A stretch of 64,000 nt of DNA from Candidatus Obscuribacteraceae bacterium (GCA_044226015.1 JBGAHS010000005.1:640001-704000); one strand, 5' to 3'; shown: positions 26,284 through 37,205, counted from the first letter of the stretch. The notes: generated by a model not told the origin, from the letters alone. Made by a program: numbers and translations.

Positions 26284-29278
26284 CGTCCAATTCACCTTTG
26301 ACCATGACCTAGAGGGTAGCAGCTTTTGCGTATTAGAATTGCTATCAAAGCAACTACACCTAATAAGTGTGGGCGAACTCAGTCAACATGTCGAGCTGGA
26401 CGAAGGACGATATGCGGCAATCGTTTACCTTCCAAGCGGAAGTCAATTACATGCTACGTTTCAAACGCAAGATGGCAACAATAAAGTTGTGCGTCTGCCC
26501 TCAGCGGCCCGATCAGCAGGATCGCTCCTGAAGCTCTCCTCTACCCTCAGAGCTACGACGATAGATGAAGCTACTCCACTTCCAATGAATATAAATAGAC
26601 TCACGTCTTTAGCAGCTGAGATTCGTCTTTCATTTAGCATCCCCGAGCAAAGCCCATCAACTATAGATTCCTTTTTGCTACAGGTAGGCTCAAACAAAGA
26701 TGAACAAATAAACATTACCTATCCAAAAGTATTTAGAGATAGGCACGGACAATACACTGTAGCAATCAATGAGGTAGAAAACAATTTTTCGGCAAGAGCC
26801 GTCCTACCTCCAACTAAACTTGGGATTGCATGGGAATATGCCTGTAATGGAAGTGCAACGCAATCCACAGTTCTAGCAAACTCAATTTCATTTTCTGATC
26901 TTTCCTCTGACGAGGAAGTCCTCTTAGCCGGACTCTTGATGATAAAACTCGGACTCAGAGCAACGGAAGATAATGTGCTAAAAGCAATAGAAAAAATTGA
27001 AAAAAGTGCGGACGCTCTAATAATTCAAGGGGAAATATTTGCTAGGCGTGGACTACACAGCAAGTCGTCAGATTGTTTTCGCGCTGCGGCCTCATTTGTT
27101 CCAGCTTTTGGATATAGTCTTGAGATTTTGTGTTTCAGAAGTTCTCAATACAGTGGTTCAGAATTTGAATTCGATCATTGGGCGAAGTTTCAAATTGCAT
27201 CCGCTGGAGTAATCCATAATAGCGTGACCCTAACATACAGAATCCAAAAGCCTGTTTCTGGCGACTTGGGCGAGATGCCACAATCAGTCGATACATCCAC
27301 AGAATCAACGCCGATTTTGGATGAATCGTTTACAAGATATACGATGAAAGCACTAGACGAGAAGAATAAGCGCATGTCCGTTCAGGAAACCCTAGAGTCA
27401 GAGATCCGACAGCGACTAAGGCTTTTGCTCCTAGAAGAGCCGGCGCACAAGACGTATGTGGCTAGAACTACCATCAAGGTGCCAAGCAATTTTTTCTATT
27501 TTTCTCAAAGCCGGAGCAATTTCTCTCGCTATCTTTCCTATGAAGATGACAAGTTGGATGCTGCAAAACGCCAAATTGGAAAGGGTAATTCGAACGCAGC
27601 TCTGAGAATGCTGGCGGGAATTGATGATTCAAAACTTTCGCCACTCGGGCATGTGAGAGTCGCTGTGAATAAAGGTATTTGTCATCTCATGTCAGAGCAT
27701 CTGGCTGATGCAGAACAGCAGTTTAAACAGGGGCTTGACATTGATGAGAATTCGCCTATCGCCCAAATCAATTTTGCTCAAGCGAAATTGCTACAGGGTG
27801 AGACAGCAGTAGCGTATCAGTACAGCGTACGAGCGCTCAAAACGAAATCAGCGCCGGACTACTTGGCGGTTCATCTGGTTGTCTTGTACGCAGATAAAAG
27901 ACGCCGACAGTTGGCAGAGTTTCTATGGAAACATCGGCGAGCCATCCAAAAAAGTTCTTCCTGTTTGTCCGCCCTGGGTCAGAATGCTATGGATGATAAA
28001 CGGCCTAGTAAGGCCGAATATTACTTCCGCCAAAGCATTTCGGTTAATCCTAAGAATGCGCAAACTTATTATCAGTGCGCATTATCGATCTATGTGCCGA
28101 CCGCAGAGAACGTTATGGAGAACCCGCCAACTCATGGAAATTATTCGAAATCAGTTCGTCAAAACCTACAATCAGTAATTGAACTTTTAGAAGTCACCAT
28201 TGAGTTATTGCGAAACGGAGACCTTACCCATCAGCTTTCAAAAGCGCTTGTATTTAAAGGTGCTGTTTATGCAGCCCTTGGTAGGCGCAAAGAATCCTAC
28301 ATGAATTTCAACGAAGCACTATCATTGGAGCCTGAAAATGCAGAGGCGATATTTAATATCGCAAAATTTCATATCCTTCAGGATCAACCGCAAAAAGCAG
28401 TGGAATTGCTTGAAAGGCTGGCGAGAAGTTCAGACAACATTACAGTTTTGGAGATGCTTGGTGAGGCTTACTGCCGCATGGGTCGATACGGAGATGCACT
28501 TGTACCGTTGCGTAAAGTGGTTGGCTTGGAACTGACTAATAGCCCGATGTATTTCCACACATACGATCGTCTTTTGGAAGCGGAATATAGGCTTGGTAAC
28601 GGTATTGAAGTTGAAAAGCTCACACAAAACCTCATGGCTCTATTTGAGAGCAAAAAGGATGGTCCTCGTTATGTCCTTGCAAAGCATTGGAAACGCCAAG
28701 GTAATCTCGCAATGGCGGAAGCTTTCTATGTTGCCGCTGCAATGGTCGCAAATGAATCGATGCGTTTTTGGATAACGAGAGAGCATGCGCAATTTGTCTT
28801 CGATGAGGCTCAAAAGACGTGGTTCCAAGATGCAGCAGTATCAAAAGCGCTGTTTGAAAAGTCGGCAATTTTGCTGCAGCAAATTATTTCAAGTGAATCT
28901 GACTCGCCAGAATATCGGGAATACATTGCAGCAATCGCAAATGCAGGACATCTTGAGGCGGCCGGAGAACTCGCACGCAAATTGCGCGAGTCTATCGGAG
29001 AAGTAATGCCGGTAATATCTGAGATTGAGGCACAAGCTGCCGCAAAAGCTGGAGATCTTCAGCGAGTTCTACTCCTGTTAAATCAACTTGTAAAGATAGA
29101 ACCAAACAACGTTAGAGCGAAAGCAAATCTTTTGAGTATCTACCGCAGAATGGGCCGCGTAGAAAGCCTTACGGCTGCATTGAGCACTGCAGTTCACAGT
29201 AACGTTCAAAACATTGGTCAGTTGGTGGCACAAAAAATGAGCATCATCTCGACAGCAAGAAGAATCGACGAGATTTGA
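26273..29278 (+). CDS. Large TPR protein
   Basis: Many TPR motifs (AEQQFKQGLDID, FNEALSLEPENAEA, LVKIEPNN); overlaps the caspase stop. Confidence 0.85.
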   Translation: MKNSVQFTFDHDLEGSSFCVLELLSKQLHLISVGELSQHVELDEGRYAAIVYLPSGSQLHATFQTQDGNNKVVRLPSAARSAGSLLKLSSTLRATTIDEATPLPMNINRLTSLAAEIRLSFSIPEQSPSTIDSFLLQVGSNKDEQINITYPKVFRDRHGQYTVAINEVENNFSARAVLPPTKLGIAWEYACNGSATQSTVLANSISFSDLSSDEEVLLAGLLMIKLGLRATEDNVLKAIEKIEKSADALIIQGEIFARRGLHSKSSDCFRAAASFVPAFGYSLEILCFRSSQYSGSEFEFDHWAKFQIASAGVIHNSVTLTYRIQKPVSGDLGEMPQSVDTSTESTPILDESFTRYTMKALDEKNKRMSVQETLESEIRQRLRLLLLEEPAHKTYVARTTIKVPSNFFYFSQSRSNFSRYLSYEDDKLDAAKRQIGKGNSNAALRMLAGIDDSKLSPLGHVRVAVNKGICHLMSEHLADAEQQFKQGLDIDENSPIAQINFAQAKLLQGETAVAYQYSVRALKTKSAPDYLAVHLVVLYADKRRRQLAEFLWKHRRAIQKSSSCLSALGQNAMDDKRPSKAEYYFRQSISVNPKNAQTYYQCALSIYVPTAENVMENPPTHGNYSKSVRQNLQSVIELLEVTIELLRNGDLTHQLSKALVFKGAVYAALGRRKESYMNFNEALSLEPENAEAIFNIAKFHILQDQPQKAVELLERLARSSDNITVLEMLGEAYCRMGRYGDALVPLRKVVGLELTNSPMYFHTYDRLLEAEYRLGNGIEVEKLTQNLMALFESKKDGPRYVLAKHWKRQGNLAMAEAFYVAAAMVANESMRFWITREHAQFVFDEAQKTWFQDAAVSKALFEKSAILLQQIISSESDSPEYREYIAAIANAGHLEAAGELARKLRESIGEVMPVISEIEAQAAAKAGDLQRVLLLLNQLVKIEPNNVRAKANLLSIYRRMGRVESLTAALSTAVHSNVQNIGQLVAQKMSIISTARRIDEI

Positions 29279-29380
29279 CAAATTGTCTCTTCTGACACCT
29301 TCACTTAAGAGTAGGCCACTTTTGGGACGACGGTGGCCCCATTTTCGATTGGCAATATCAACGGCACAACTCGGAGCAGA

Positions 29381-31303
29381 TCAATCCCATCCAAGAAGCT
29401 CCGTTGCATTGCCGTTTGCCCAAAGTTCCCGTCGATCGAGCGTAGAGGCGCGCATCCATCCATTCAACTTCTTCGTCGACCACTTACTGGAAAGAATTTC
29501 AATCAACACTGGCATTCTCAGAAGTCTATATGCCTCGCCCAGTCCCGAAGAGGACGTAATAGTGACAGCCTTCTCTTTTGGGAAGTAGCGTATGGATCCC
29601 ATATCGAAGACCTTATCCTCTAAGTTCGTTGGATCCTGAGTCCATGCGCCAAAAATCTTGAGGTATGCGTATTTTCTGCGTTGTCGATACAAAATTCTTT
29701 CAAGAAGCGCTCGGCTATCTGTCTTGAGAATGAGGGTCCGCATGCCCCCATCCCTAACAGCGGACAGCTGGAAGCGTCTACCCATAAAATCGAATGACAC
29801 GTCAAGGAATTGAGTTCCCTCCAGTCCTGAAAGGTCAACCTTAATTCCTTGAAGTACTGAATTTGCGCATGAAAGCCAGTCATCTTTGGGAAGCAAATTA
29901 ACACCAAATTCGTAAGATCTTTCATCATGGCTGCCCATGAATTCATCGGCAAGGAATCCCACCTTTAGCAAAGGTGGAGTTCGTTGACTCCTAATCGTTG
30001 TTGTATCGACAGTCGATTCTTTATCAAATAAATTACCGTAGGAGGGATCGCTTTTATGTCTCTCAATAACTCGATCAACGAGCAAGTATGCATTTTGTTT
30101 GCTGCGTTGCTTTCGGAGTGCCACTACAAACTTTCCAAGCCCTTTCGATTCACCAACACCAACAAGTTTTCCTGCAACATGCTCAATAATATTGTGCCTA
30201 AGCAAGAGCGCCACCAACAATTGGTGAAGAAGCTGAGCCTCTGATAAGAAGGGACATGACCTTGTGCTATTGAGAATCACGCTCACATCGCGTCTGATTC
30301 TGTCCTTCGCCAAAAATTCTGGTTTTCTAGCAGTATCATTCGCTATGAATGATTTCCAATACGCTGCTTTTTCTCTGTCTGTTGCAAATCTGAGTATTGA
30401 TCTAGCCTCAGTCGCCATCCGTTTCAACGAATTGTTTCGCGCTACATCATGAAGGAATGATTTGTGTTCGAAATCCAAGAAAGACAATCGCAAAACTTCA
30501 GTAAGTCCTCCGTCGCCAGAGCCTGAAACCAATATTGAAGTACCTTGATTCGGGAAAAGTATTTGTTCGAGGTCGTCATTTCGCCAATAGGAAGGAGTCA
30601 TACTATGCCTTGGCGATTCCAGTCCGTAGCCGACGGCAATGACAACTAAATTAAATGAAGCATCGGATCTTCCGTCAGAGAAACTCAAAACTGGTAGGTC
30701 TCGATCGTTTAATCTGATACTTTCAATTTTGCAGCCAAATACAATTCTTTTCTTGAATGTTTTGGCAAATCGGTTCCACTGCGCCTGAAGCTGCTGCGCA
30801 ACTTGACCAGCAGCCCCCGCTTGCCAATTTAAGAACGGCATATGTGTAATTGGATAATCGAATCCTTGTTTAGGCCAGATGTACAAATTTGGATGTAGTA
30901 ATCGCGTAATGTTTCGACGCTGCAAATGCATTATTTCCTTTGCGCTCTCGAAGATGAAAACATGAGATCCAAGAGCATGCAGTGCAAGAGCCGCGGTAAT
31001 GCCGGAGATTCCGCCTCCAATTATTGCGATTCGCGATTTTGTGTTGATTTTATTTGCTTCCTTAAGTAACCACGCCAATTGAAAGGCGCGGCGTTGCTGC
31101 GCATGAACAGTAAGCAGGCTTGCGCGACATCCAATTTGGTAAACAGTCTCTTCAAATCCGTCAACTTCGTAGTTCTCACGCAGTATTTCGGGAATGGTAT
31201 GATCATTACTTTTCATCATCGGAGAAATCCAAGCCAACACTCTTTTATCCAAGTATACTGCCAAGTTACTGGCAAAACTATCTGGTTCAAAAGCACTGTC
31301 CAA
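29381..31303 (-). CDS. FAD-dependent oxidoreductase (FMO-like)
   Basis: IAIIGGGISG, TVHAQQRRA, LHPNLYIWP, IAVGYG, SYWRND, VSGSGDGGL. Confidence 0.8.
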   Translation of the reverse strand: MDSAFEPDSFASNLAVYLDKRVLAWISPMMKSNDHTIPEILRENYEVDGFEETVYQIGCRASLLTVHAQQRRAFQLAWLLKEANKINTKSRIAIIGGGISGITAALALHALGSHVFIFESAKEIMHLQRRNITRLLHPNLYIWPKQGFDYPITHMPFLNWQAGAAGQVAQQLQAQWNRFAKTFKKRIVFGCKIESIRLNDRDLPVLSFSDGRSDASFNLVVIAVGYGLESPRHSMTPSYWRNDDLEQILFPNQGTSILVSGSGDGGLTEVLRLSFLDFEHKSFLHDVARNNSLKRMATEARSILRFATDREKAAYWKSFIANDTARKPEFLAKDRIRRDVSVILNSTRSCPFLSEAQLLHQLLVALLLRHNIIEHVAGKLVGVGESKGLGKFVVALRKQRSKQNAYLLVDRVIERHKSDPSYGNLFDKESTVDTTTIRSQRTPPLLKVGFLADEFMGSHDERSYEFGVNLLPKDDWLSCANSVLQGIKVDLSGLEGTQFLDVSFDFMGRRFQLSAVRDGGMRTLILKTDSRALLERILYRQRRKYAYLKIFGAWTQDPTNLEDKVFDMGSIRYFPKEKAVTITSSSGLGEAYRLLRMPVLIEILSSKWSTKKLNGWMRASTLDRRELWANGNATELLGWD

Positions 31304-32504
31304 TCAAAACAACTCCGGCAAAATTTCGGGCGTCTAGATCTCCTTTTCGAATGCAAAAATAGAGTTTTCCATTGTCTCCCCAGAAAAAGTTTGCTAAGTC
31401 GTCAGAAGCTATCTGCAATAACAGCAGCCAGTTATTAGCTGGATCGCCCGGTTCCGAGGATGGCGTGACGAACTGCTTTTGATATTTCGGATCGAATCGT
31501 TCCAGTTCTTCGTAGCAGTCCACAAACACGTCCTGCTGTATAAGTTGTGGATGACCAAGCAATTGATGTGTGGGTTCGTCATGCGCGTCACCCTGCCAAC
31601 CGTAAAGCAGCTCCTCGTATTTATCCCTTTCTTCGTCGGACATGATAATTGATCGGATCGTAGTCGAGCAACCGTCAGGAAGCGTATTTACGCAAGCAAA
31701 TTCAACAGAACAGGCTGGAAAAGTCTCTTCCGGAAAATCATCCCAGATCGGGTCCGGGGACGGCCGTTGTGCCGGCATTAAAGTGCTTTGGTTTTCAAAA
31801 TGGAAAACTTTCCAGGATGATGCTATACCGCCAAATGAGAATTCACTTGGATCGGCGAAGAACGAAAGTATGCCGTTTGATGGCAATCCTGAATCTGGCC
31901 AAACAGTTGCTATTACAGAAAGATCGAGCTGGCACAAAAATTCAAGTGGTGCTACAGCCTCACAGTCCACTACTGGCCATTCAAAATCTGGCGGCACATC
32001 TGGTATTTCGCCAAATTTTGTACTAACGCTGCCATCATGGTGCTGGAGCAGATTCAATCGAAGCGATGGCAAAGACAATACCTTCAAGTCATCAATACAA
32101 TCAGAAAGTCCAACAAAGTCCAGAGCCTCTTGAAACTTACCCGCTACTGCTAATGCTCTTATTGTTGACTTGCGTTGCTCCATTTCAGCGAGTGTACGAT
32201 TTTCAACATCAATCAGTGGATTAATAACATTTCTCAGAGACAGTAGATCCATTCTAATTTTCACATGTTCTTCGTCTTTGGAGCACAGCTTGAGCCCTTT
32301 TTCCACGTCTGCCAGCGCTCTTTTTGTCCACTCTCTCAACAAGCACAATTTTGCCCGCTCAAGAAATGTGACCGGTCGCGGCTCGTAGTATATGGACAGA
32401 CCAAAGTATCTTTCTGCAGTTTCGAAGTCGCGAAGCTGCATTCGCTCAAGTGCTTTATTGAATAGCTTTGTGGCGTCCTCAGGATTGTTGCCTTCACTTA
32501 GCAT
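31287..32504 (-). CDS. TPR + YwqG/DUF1963-family protein
   Basis: N-terminal TPR; FGEIPDVP, FLCQLDL, HQLLGHPQLIQ, LLLQIASD..FFWGDNG.LYF. Confidence 0.8.
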   Translation of the reverse strand: MLSEGNNPEDATKLFNKALERMQLRDFETAERYFGLSIYYEPRPVTFLERAKLCLLREWTKRALADVEKGLKLCSKDEEHVKIRMDLLSLRNVINPLIDVENRTLAEMEQRKSTIRALAVAGKFQEALDFVGLSDCIDDLKVLSLPSLRLNLLQHHDGSVSTKFGEIPDVPPDFEWPVVDCEAVAPLEFLCQLDLSVIATVWPDSGLPSNGILSFFADPSEFSFGGIASSWKVFHFENQSTLMPAQRPSPDPIWDDFPEETFPACSVEFACVNTLPDGCSTTIRSIIMSDEERDKYEELLYGWQGDAHDEPTHQLLGHPQLIQQDVFVDCYEELERFDPKYQKQFVTPSSEPGDPANNWLLLLQIASDDLANFFWGDNGKLYFCIRKGDLDARNFAGVVLIGQCF

Positions 32505-32541
32505 GATATTCCCTTAGTAAGCGGCTCTTACTAACCGCAGT

Positions 32542-32958
32542 CTACTCGGTTTTGCCTTTGAGCAATTTGGTCATTCTTTTGGTAAGTGCCTTCTCATCAT
32601 CGTCAAGCCTCTTCCGCTGCTTTGACTTTACCTCGCTGACGACAGCGGCAAACTCATTTCGAGATTCCTCATTGTAGCTGTAGCCCCGCCAGGTCAGCTC
32701 ATACAACACATCGATTGCGGCTCCTTGTCTTGCCAGCATTCCGCAAACTCGATTTGTCATTTCTTTGATTGCCTGCGCATATGCTGATTCTTTCTCTAGT
32801 GTCTGCTCTTTTTCTCTTTGGTCGAGATAGAATGCAAGCGCCTCGTGTGCAATTTCGGTTTTCGTTTTGCCATCGAGCCTGGACAGGGCAGACAATCGCT
32901 CCTGATCTTTTGCGGATAATCCAATGTAGAGGTTTTGATAAGTTTTGGGCTTAGGCAT
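32542..32958 (-). CDS. Ribbon-helix-helix (CopG-like) DNA-binding protein
   Basis: LYIGLS..DQERL..LS...GKTKTEIAHEAL pattern followed by a coiled region. Confidence 0.65.
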   Translation of the reverse strand: MPKPKTYQNLYIGLSAKDQERLSALSRLDGKTKTEIAHEALAFYLDQREKEQTLEKESAYAQAIKEMTNRVCGMLARQGAAIDVLYELTWRGYSYNEESRNEFAAVVSEVKSKQRKRLDDDEKALTKRMTKLLKGKTE

Positions 32959-33349
32959 AATGTACTCAGAGTTAAAAGTATTGCTATTCCTAGCATATAC
33001 CGATTGTCCCAGAGATATCAAGACCGGGGAGAAAAATTGCGGTACCCAAAACGCTAGCCAGTTCTCCGATTCGGGGAATGTGCATATTTCCCTTTATCCT
33101 GCTATCTTCGATAACGATGGCTTGACACTGGAACTCCGGCTGATCAAGCTCTACTTCGGGACGCTGAAGTAGGGGGAAGGCAAAACAGTCTTTATCTTTA
33201 GGACTTGATCCTGTAATGGCAGATTTGTTTGCCTTCCCTATCCTGATATGCAGGTCGGACGATATCTAAGACCCACTTTGAGTGAGAGTCTGAATTTAGC
33301 AGGTTGACCAAGTCAGGCATACCATGCGTCTTATAACTAGAAAACTAGA

Positions 33350-34192
33350 ATGAAGAGGGATTGCATGTTCGACTGTTTTGTTGGAATCGACATCTCGAAA
33401 GATTTCTTTGATGTTTCCGTGGAGGTGACAGGGAAAGAGAAACACCATCAGTTTTCACAAACCGAAAAAGGCTTCCAGGGCTTCTTGCGCTGGTTGCAAA
33501 AAATCGGAGTTGTGAACGCATTGTTCTGCATGGAAGCCACCGGTGCGTATTGGTATGACCTCGCTGATTTTCTTTCACTGGCAGGCGAGTCTGTTAGCGT
33601 CGTGAATCCGACTTGCATCAGGCGATTTGCTCAGAGTGAGCTGAAGCGAACCAAAACAGACAAAGTCGATGCTGGGGTAATTTCCAGATTTGCAAGAACA
33701 ATGAATCCAAAGCAGTGGCACCCACCAGCTCCCGAAGTGTGTCAATTACAAATGCTGGTGAGGCGCCTCTACGATCTAACAAAAATTAGGCGCCAGGAGA
33801 GAACTCGCTTATCAACAGAGAAAAGCAAACCATGCGTCATGGATTCGGTGAACCGCATCCTCAAGTGCTTAGATCTAGAAATCGGTCGTATTCGAAGACA
33901 ACTGGTGGCATTTGTAGGTCTGGCCCCAAAGGAAATCAGATCTGGCAGCTCCATCCGTGGACGAACTCGACTATCCAAAACAGGAAATGCTAGATTGCGT
34001 TCAGCACTCTTTCTGCCGGCGATAGTCGCAAAAGATCACAATCCCGTCATTGCGCGATTTTATCGAAACCTAATCGCGAATGGAAAGGTTCCAATGAAGG
34101 CCGTTGGAGCCTCCATGAGAAAGCTCTTGCACATCATATTTTGAGTACTTAAGTCTGGAACGCCTTTCCGTGACGACATAGTCTCCGCTTGA
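33350..34192 (+). pseudogene. IS110-family transposase, internally deleted, with a premature stop
   Basis: GIDISK, MEATG, KTDKVDA, AFVGLAP...SG, GNARLR; the usual ...IPGIG... segment is absent near 33895; TGA at 34142 interrupts IIF[G]VLKSGTPF. Confidence 0.85.
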
Positions 34193-34677
34193 GCTGAGTG
34201 GTTCGACAGAGCTTGGCGCTTAATTCCTTCCAGAAGGGATCAGCGCTCGCGGCCGCATTGGGATCACCTCTAGAAACAATAGCGCTGATTGCGTATGGAA
34301 GGAAGCCGACGATGAAAAACGTCGCATGCCTCTGCTGTCCCTGATCTTGAGCTATTGACACTCGACACGATATCTGCCTTACCTTTATGGTCGGTCCTTC
34401 GTCCCTCCCGGCGGTAAGGCTCCGTGCCTTCAGCACTCCGATTCTGGTTGCGCGTCGTTGCCGACTCCGCGCCGCTGCAATCAAGTCCCAGAATTTCCCT
34501 TTCTCCCCGATGGAAGTATCCGATTACAAACCAGCTGGAGCTGTCAACCTCGGCGCAGCCGCCCGCAGGGCTTGGGGTTGACTGGTCCTGCGTTTGCAAT
34601 ATCATTAAACCGAGGGGAGAACGCCTATTGGCGCAATCGCGCTGTTGGGTCATAATATTAGTCGGTGAATAAGCAAG

Positions 34678-34989
34678 GTGCTGGGCATGGACGAACTCAT
34701 TACGAAGCATATCAGCAAGACTCCTGGTGTTTGTGGGGGCAGAGCTTGCATTGCCGGTCATCGAATTCGGGTGATGGATATTGTCGTTTGGCACCAGCTA
34801 CGCGGTTACTCTGCCGATGAAGTTTGTCAGATGTATCCAGGAATTAATTTGGCCGATGTATATGCGGCACTGACCTATTATTTCGATAACCGCAAAGAAA
34901 TTGACGATGACTTCGCAGCTGAGGAAGAGATCGCCAAAGAACTAATGACTCGCCATCCTTCAAAACTTCCCGGCAAGAGAAGTGCATAG
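34678..34989 (+). CDS. DUF433 antitoxin (VapB45-like)
   Basis: ISKTPGVCGGRACIAGHRIRV...YP...ADVYAALTYY. Confidence 0.9.
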   Translation: MLGMDELITKHISKTPGVCGGRACIAGHRIRVMDIVVWHQLRGYSADEVCQMYPGINLADVYAALTYYFDNRKEIDDDFAAEEEIAKELMTRHPSKLPGKRSA

Positions 34990-35317
34990 CCAAATCAGAT
35001 TCTATCTCGATGAGAATATCCAATCTGCTGTCGCGCTGGGATTGAGGATTCGAGGAATTGATGTTCTAACCGCTCAGGAAGCTGGACTGCGTGGAGCATC
35101 CGATCTAGAGCATTTGGCTTTCGCGACTGCAAATGAAAGAGTGCTCGTCACATATGACACAGATTTCCTCGTTATTGACGCGAGCGGTCAGGAGCATAGT
35201 GGTATTGCTTGGTGCCATTCAACAAAATACTCCTTGGGTGCCCTTATTCTGGCGCTTGTTTACGTCCATTCCGTCATTACTCCCGAAGAGATGCGGAATC
35301 ACATTGAATATTTGTAG
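34982..35317 (+). CDS. DUF5615 PIN-like toxin (VapC45-like)
   Basis: FYLDENI, G.SD, ERVLVTYDTDF, HSGI; overlaps the antitoxin gene. Confidence 0.9.
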   Translation: MHSQIRFYLDENIQSAVALGLRIRGIDVLTAQEAGLRGASDLEHLAFATANERVLVTYDTDFLVIDASGQEHSGIAWCHSTKYSLGALILALVYVHSVITPEEMRNHIEYL

Positions 35318-35401
35318 ACCGGCGTATCAGCTTCAAATGAAAGTTCAGTTATCTATGGAATTTGTGAATCAGACTATGGTCTTTAGTCAATTGAAGCCTG
35401 C

Positions 35402-35920
35402 TTGATGGTGCCGATTCCTGTAGAATTGAAAAAAGAGGTGACAGTCCCGTCAAAAGCCTGGTGGACAATGTCAGAAGAGGAAGCGGAACCGAAAACTCAG
35501 GTTGAGAGCAGCAAAGGTGGGGCGGGCGGTTTTCCGCCAACGCGGATTGGTTCCGGCCAACATCCGCAGCTGCCTCAGCCAAATTCTGTGATCTGCTGCA
35601 GCTGCAAACAGCCGGTAACAAAATATCAGCCGGTCTTGCCGTTTATGGCTGCATATGTTTGCATGGATTGTATGAAAAAACAGAAGCAGAAACCTATTCC
35701 GGTCTCCGAAATCACAAATAAGTCTTTTGCTCCATGGACATCGGAAGAAGTTGATAATATCAACGAGTACCAGCAGTCAAACAGTTTTCTCCCATTCGTT
35801 TGTCCAGCACGACACATTTTAAAAGCCAGAACCGAAGGATTCTATTGTTCCGCCTGTCCACAATTTTCTTTGAACTGGACATATCCTTGGGTACTTGATT
35901 TATTTTGGAAACAGCTTTAG
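35402..35920 (+). CDS. Hypothetical Cys-rich protein
   Basis: CCSC, CMDC, CPARH, CSAC motifs. Confidence 0.55.
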   Translation: MMVPIPVELKKEVTVPSKAWWTMSEEEAEPKTQVESSKGGAGGFPPTRIGSGQHPQLPQPNSVICCSCKQPVTKYQPVLPFMAAYVCMDCMKKQKQKPIPVSEITNKSFAPWTSEEVDNINEYQQSNSFLPFVCPARHILKARTEGFYCSACPQFSLNWTYPWVLDLFWKQL

Positions 35921-35970
35921 TTATCTCCAGGTTGTCCGAGCTACCGCATCATGATTCGATTCTTTCTGGA

Positions 35971-37205
35971 TTAGGTTGTTTTTTGCTTAATCTTCTTTAC
36001 CTGTCCTTTTCGTGACAGCAACTTATTCGGATCTTTCAATGCCTCTTGCGCTTTTTCCAATGCCTGCCGCACTGGGTCTTGAGTGAGTCGAGCATAGACC
36101 GATGTAGACGCCATAGAGCGATGGCCCAGAGCCTTGCCTATGATTGTAGGGCTGACGTTCTGAATCGCCATGTAACTGCCAGCGGTGCGCCTTAAATCAT
36201 GAATTCGAAGATCCTCGATACCAGCACGTTCAACAATTCGCTGGAACGCTTTTCTCGGTGAGACTATATGACCTTTATCGCCAGATTTCCAGCCTTTTCT
36301 GTCAGATGGAAATACCCAGACCGGATGCAAGTCATCAGCTTTCTTCCGGTTACGCAAGATTTCCAGTGCATTTAGGGTAAGCGGAATTGTCTGCGAATCG
36401 CCGCTCTTTGTGAGTGGAATTCGCCACTGCTGCAGGTCAAAATTCACCTCATCCCACCGCATCGCCATTACATTTGACACTCGTGCACCTGTATACAAGC
36501 ACATCCAGAAGAAATCTCGAATCAGTGGGTAAGGTTCTGCGTTCAGCGCATTTGCAAATTTCTTGAATTCTTCACCTGGTTGGATGAATCTTTCCCTGGG
36601 TTTACTCTTGAATGTTGTAATTCCCTGGCATGGATTTTCGCCTGTGAAAATTCCTTGTCCAATGCTCCAGGTGAAGACGGCGCGCATGGTGTTGTAATTT
36701 CGAGTGGAGGTGCTTTTGCCATTAGTTCTTGCAAGATTATTCACCCAGCTCTGGATCTGTCGCGAGTAATTTTTGTGATCGGCCGCTTGTCGAACTGCTG
36801 AAAATAGCGTTGGTGGTTTTTCTCAATTTCCTTCCAGGTTACGGTGTGTAGGCTGGCATATTCCTCTATATATCTTCTAAAGATTTCCCCATACGTCGGC
36901 GGAGGCGGTTCAGTAATCGAAGGATCTTTTCCAAGTCCAATAAGGTGATTCAGTTCAGTCGCCTTCGTTCTCGCCTGCTCAAGCGACACATCACCGTACT
37001 TGCCAATAGTGAACTCGATGATCTTGCGAGGCGATTCATTGTTGTCCGGCAGCCGCCGGTAATAAACAAAGGTCTTTACTCCACTCGGACGTACCCGCAT
37101 ACCCAGCCCTTGGACTTCGGTATCCATCACTCGCATGTGCCGCCTCTTGGCTGGGCATACTAGCCCGTCAAGTTTGTCGATCCGAAAATTAAAGGTCGTG
37201 TCCAT
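35971..37205 (-). pseudogene. Tyrosine integrase of island 1, one frameshift near 36758
   Basis: N-terminal arm-binding domain (GLGMRVRPSG...TIGKY...A...A....G.DP); TGAR, K, HDLRR, LGH, VYAR; adding one base restores KITRD-EIQSWVNNL. Confidence 0.9.

Noticed and set aside
34149..34794. Minus-strand ORFs between IS110 and the TA pair
   Set aside because: They overlap the DUF433 gene or IS end and show no coherent domain; at most a decayed fragment.
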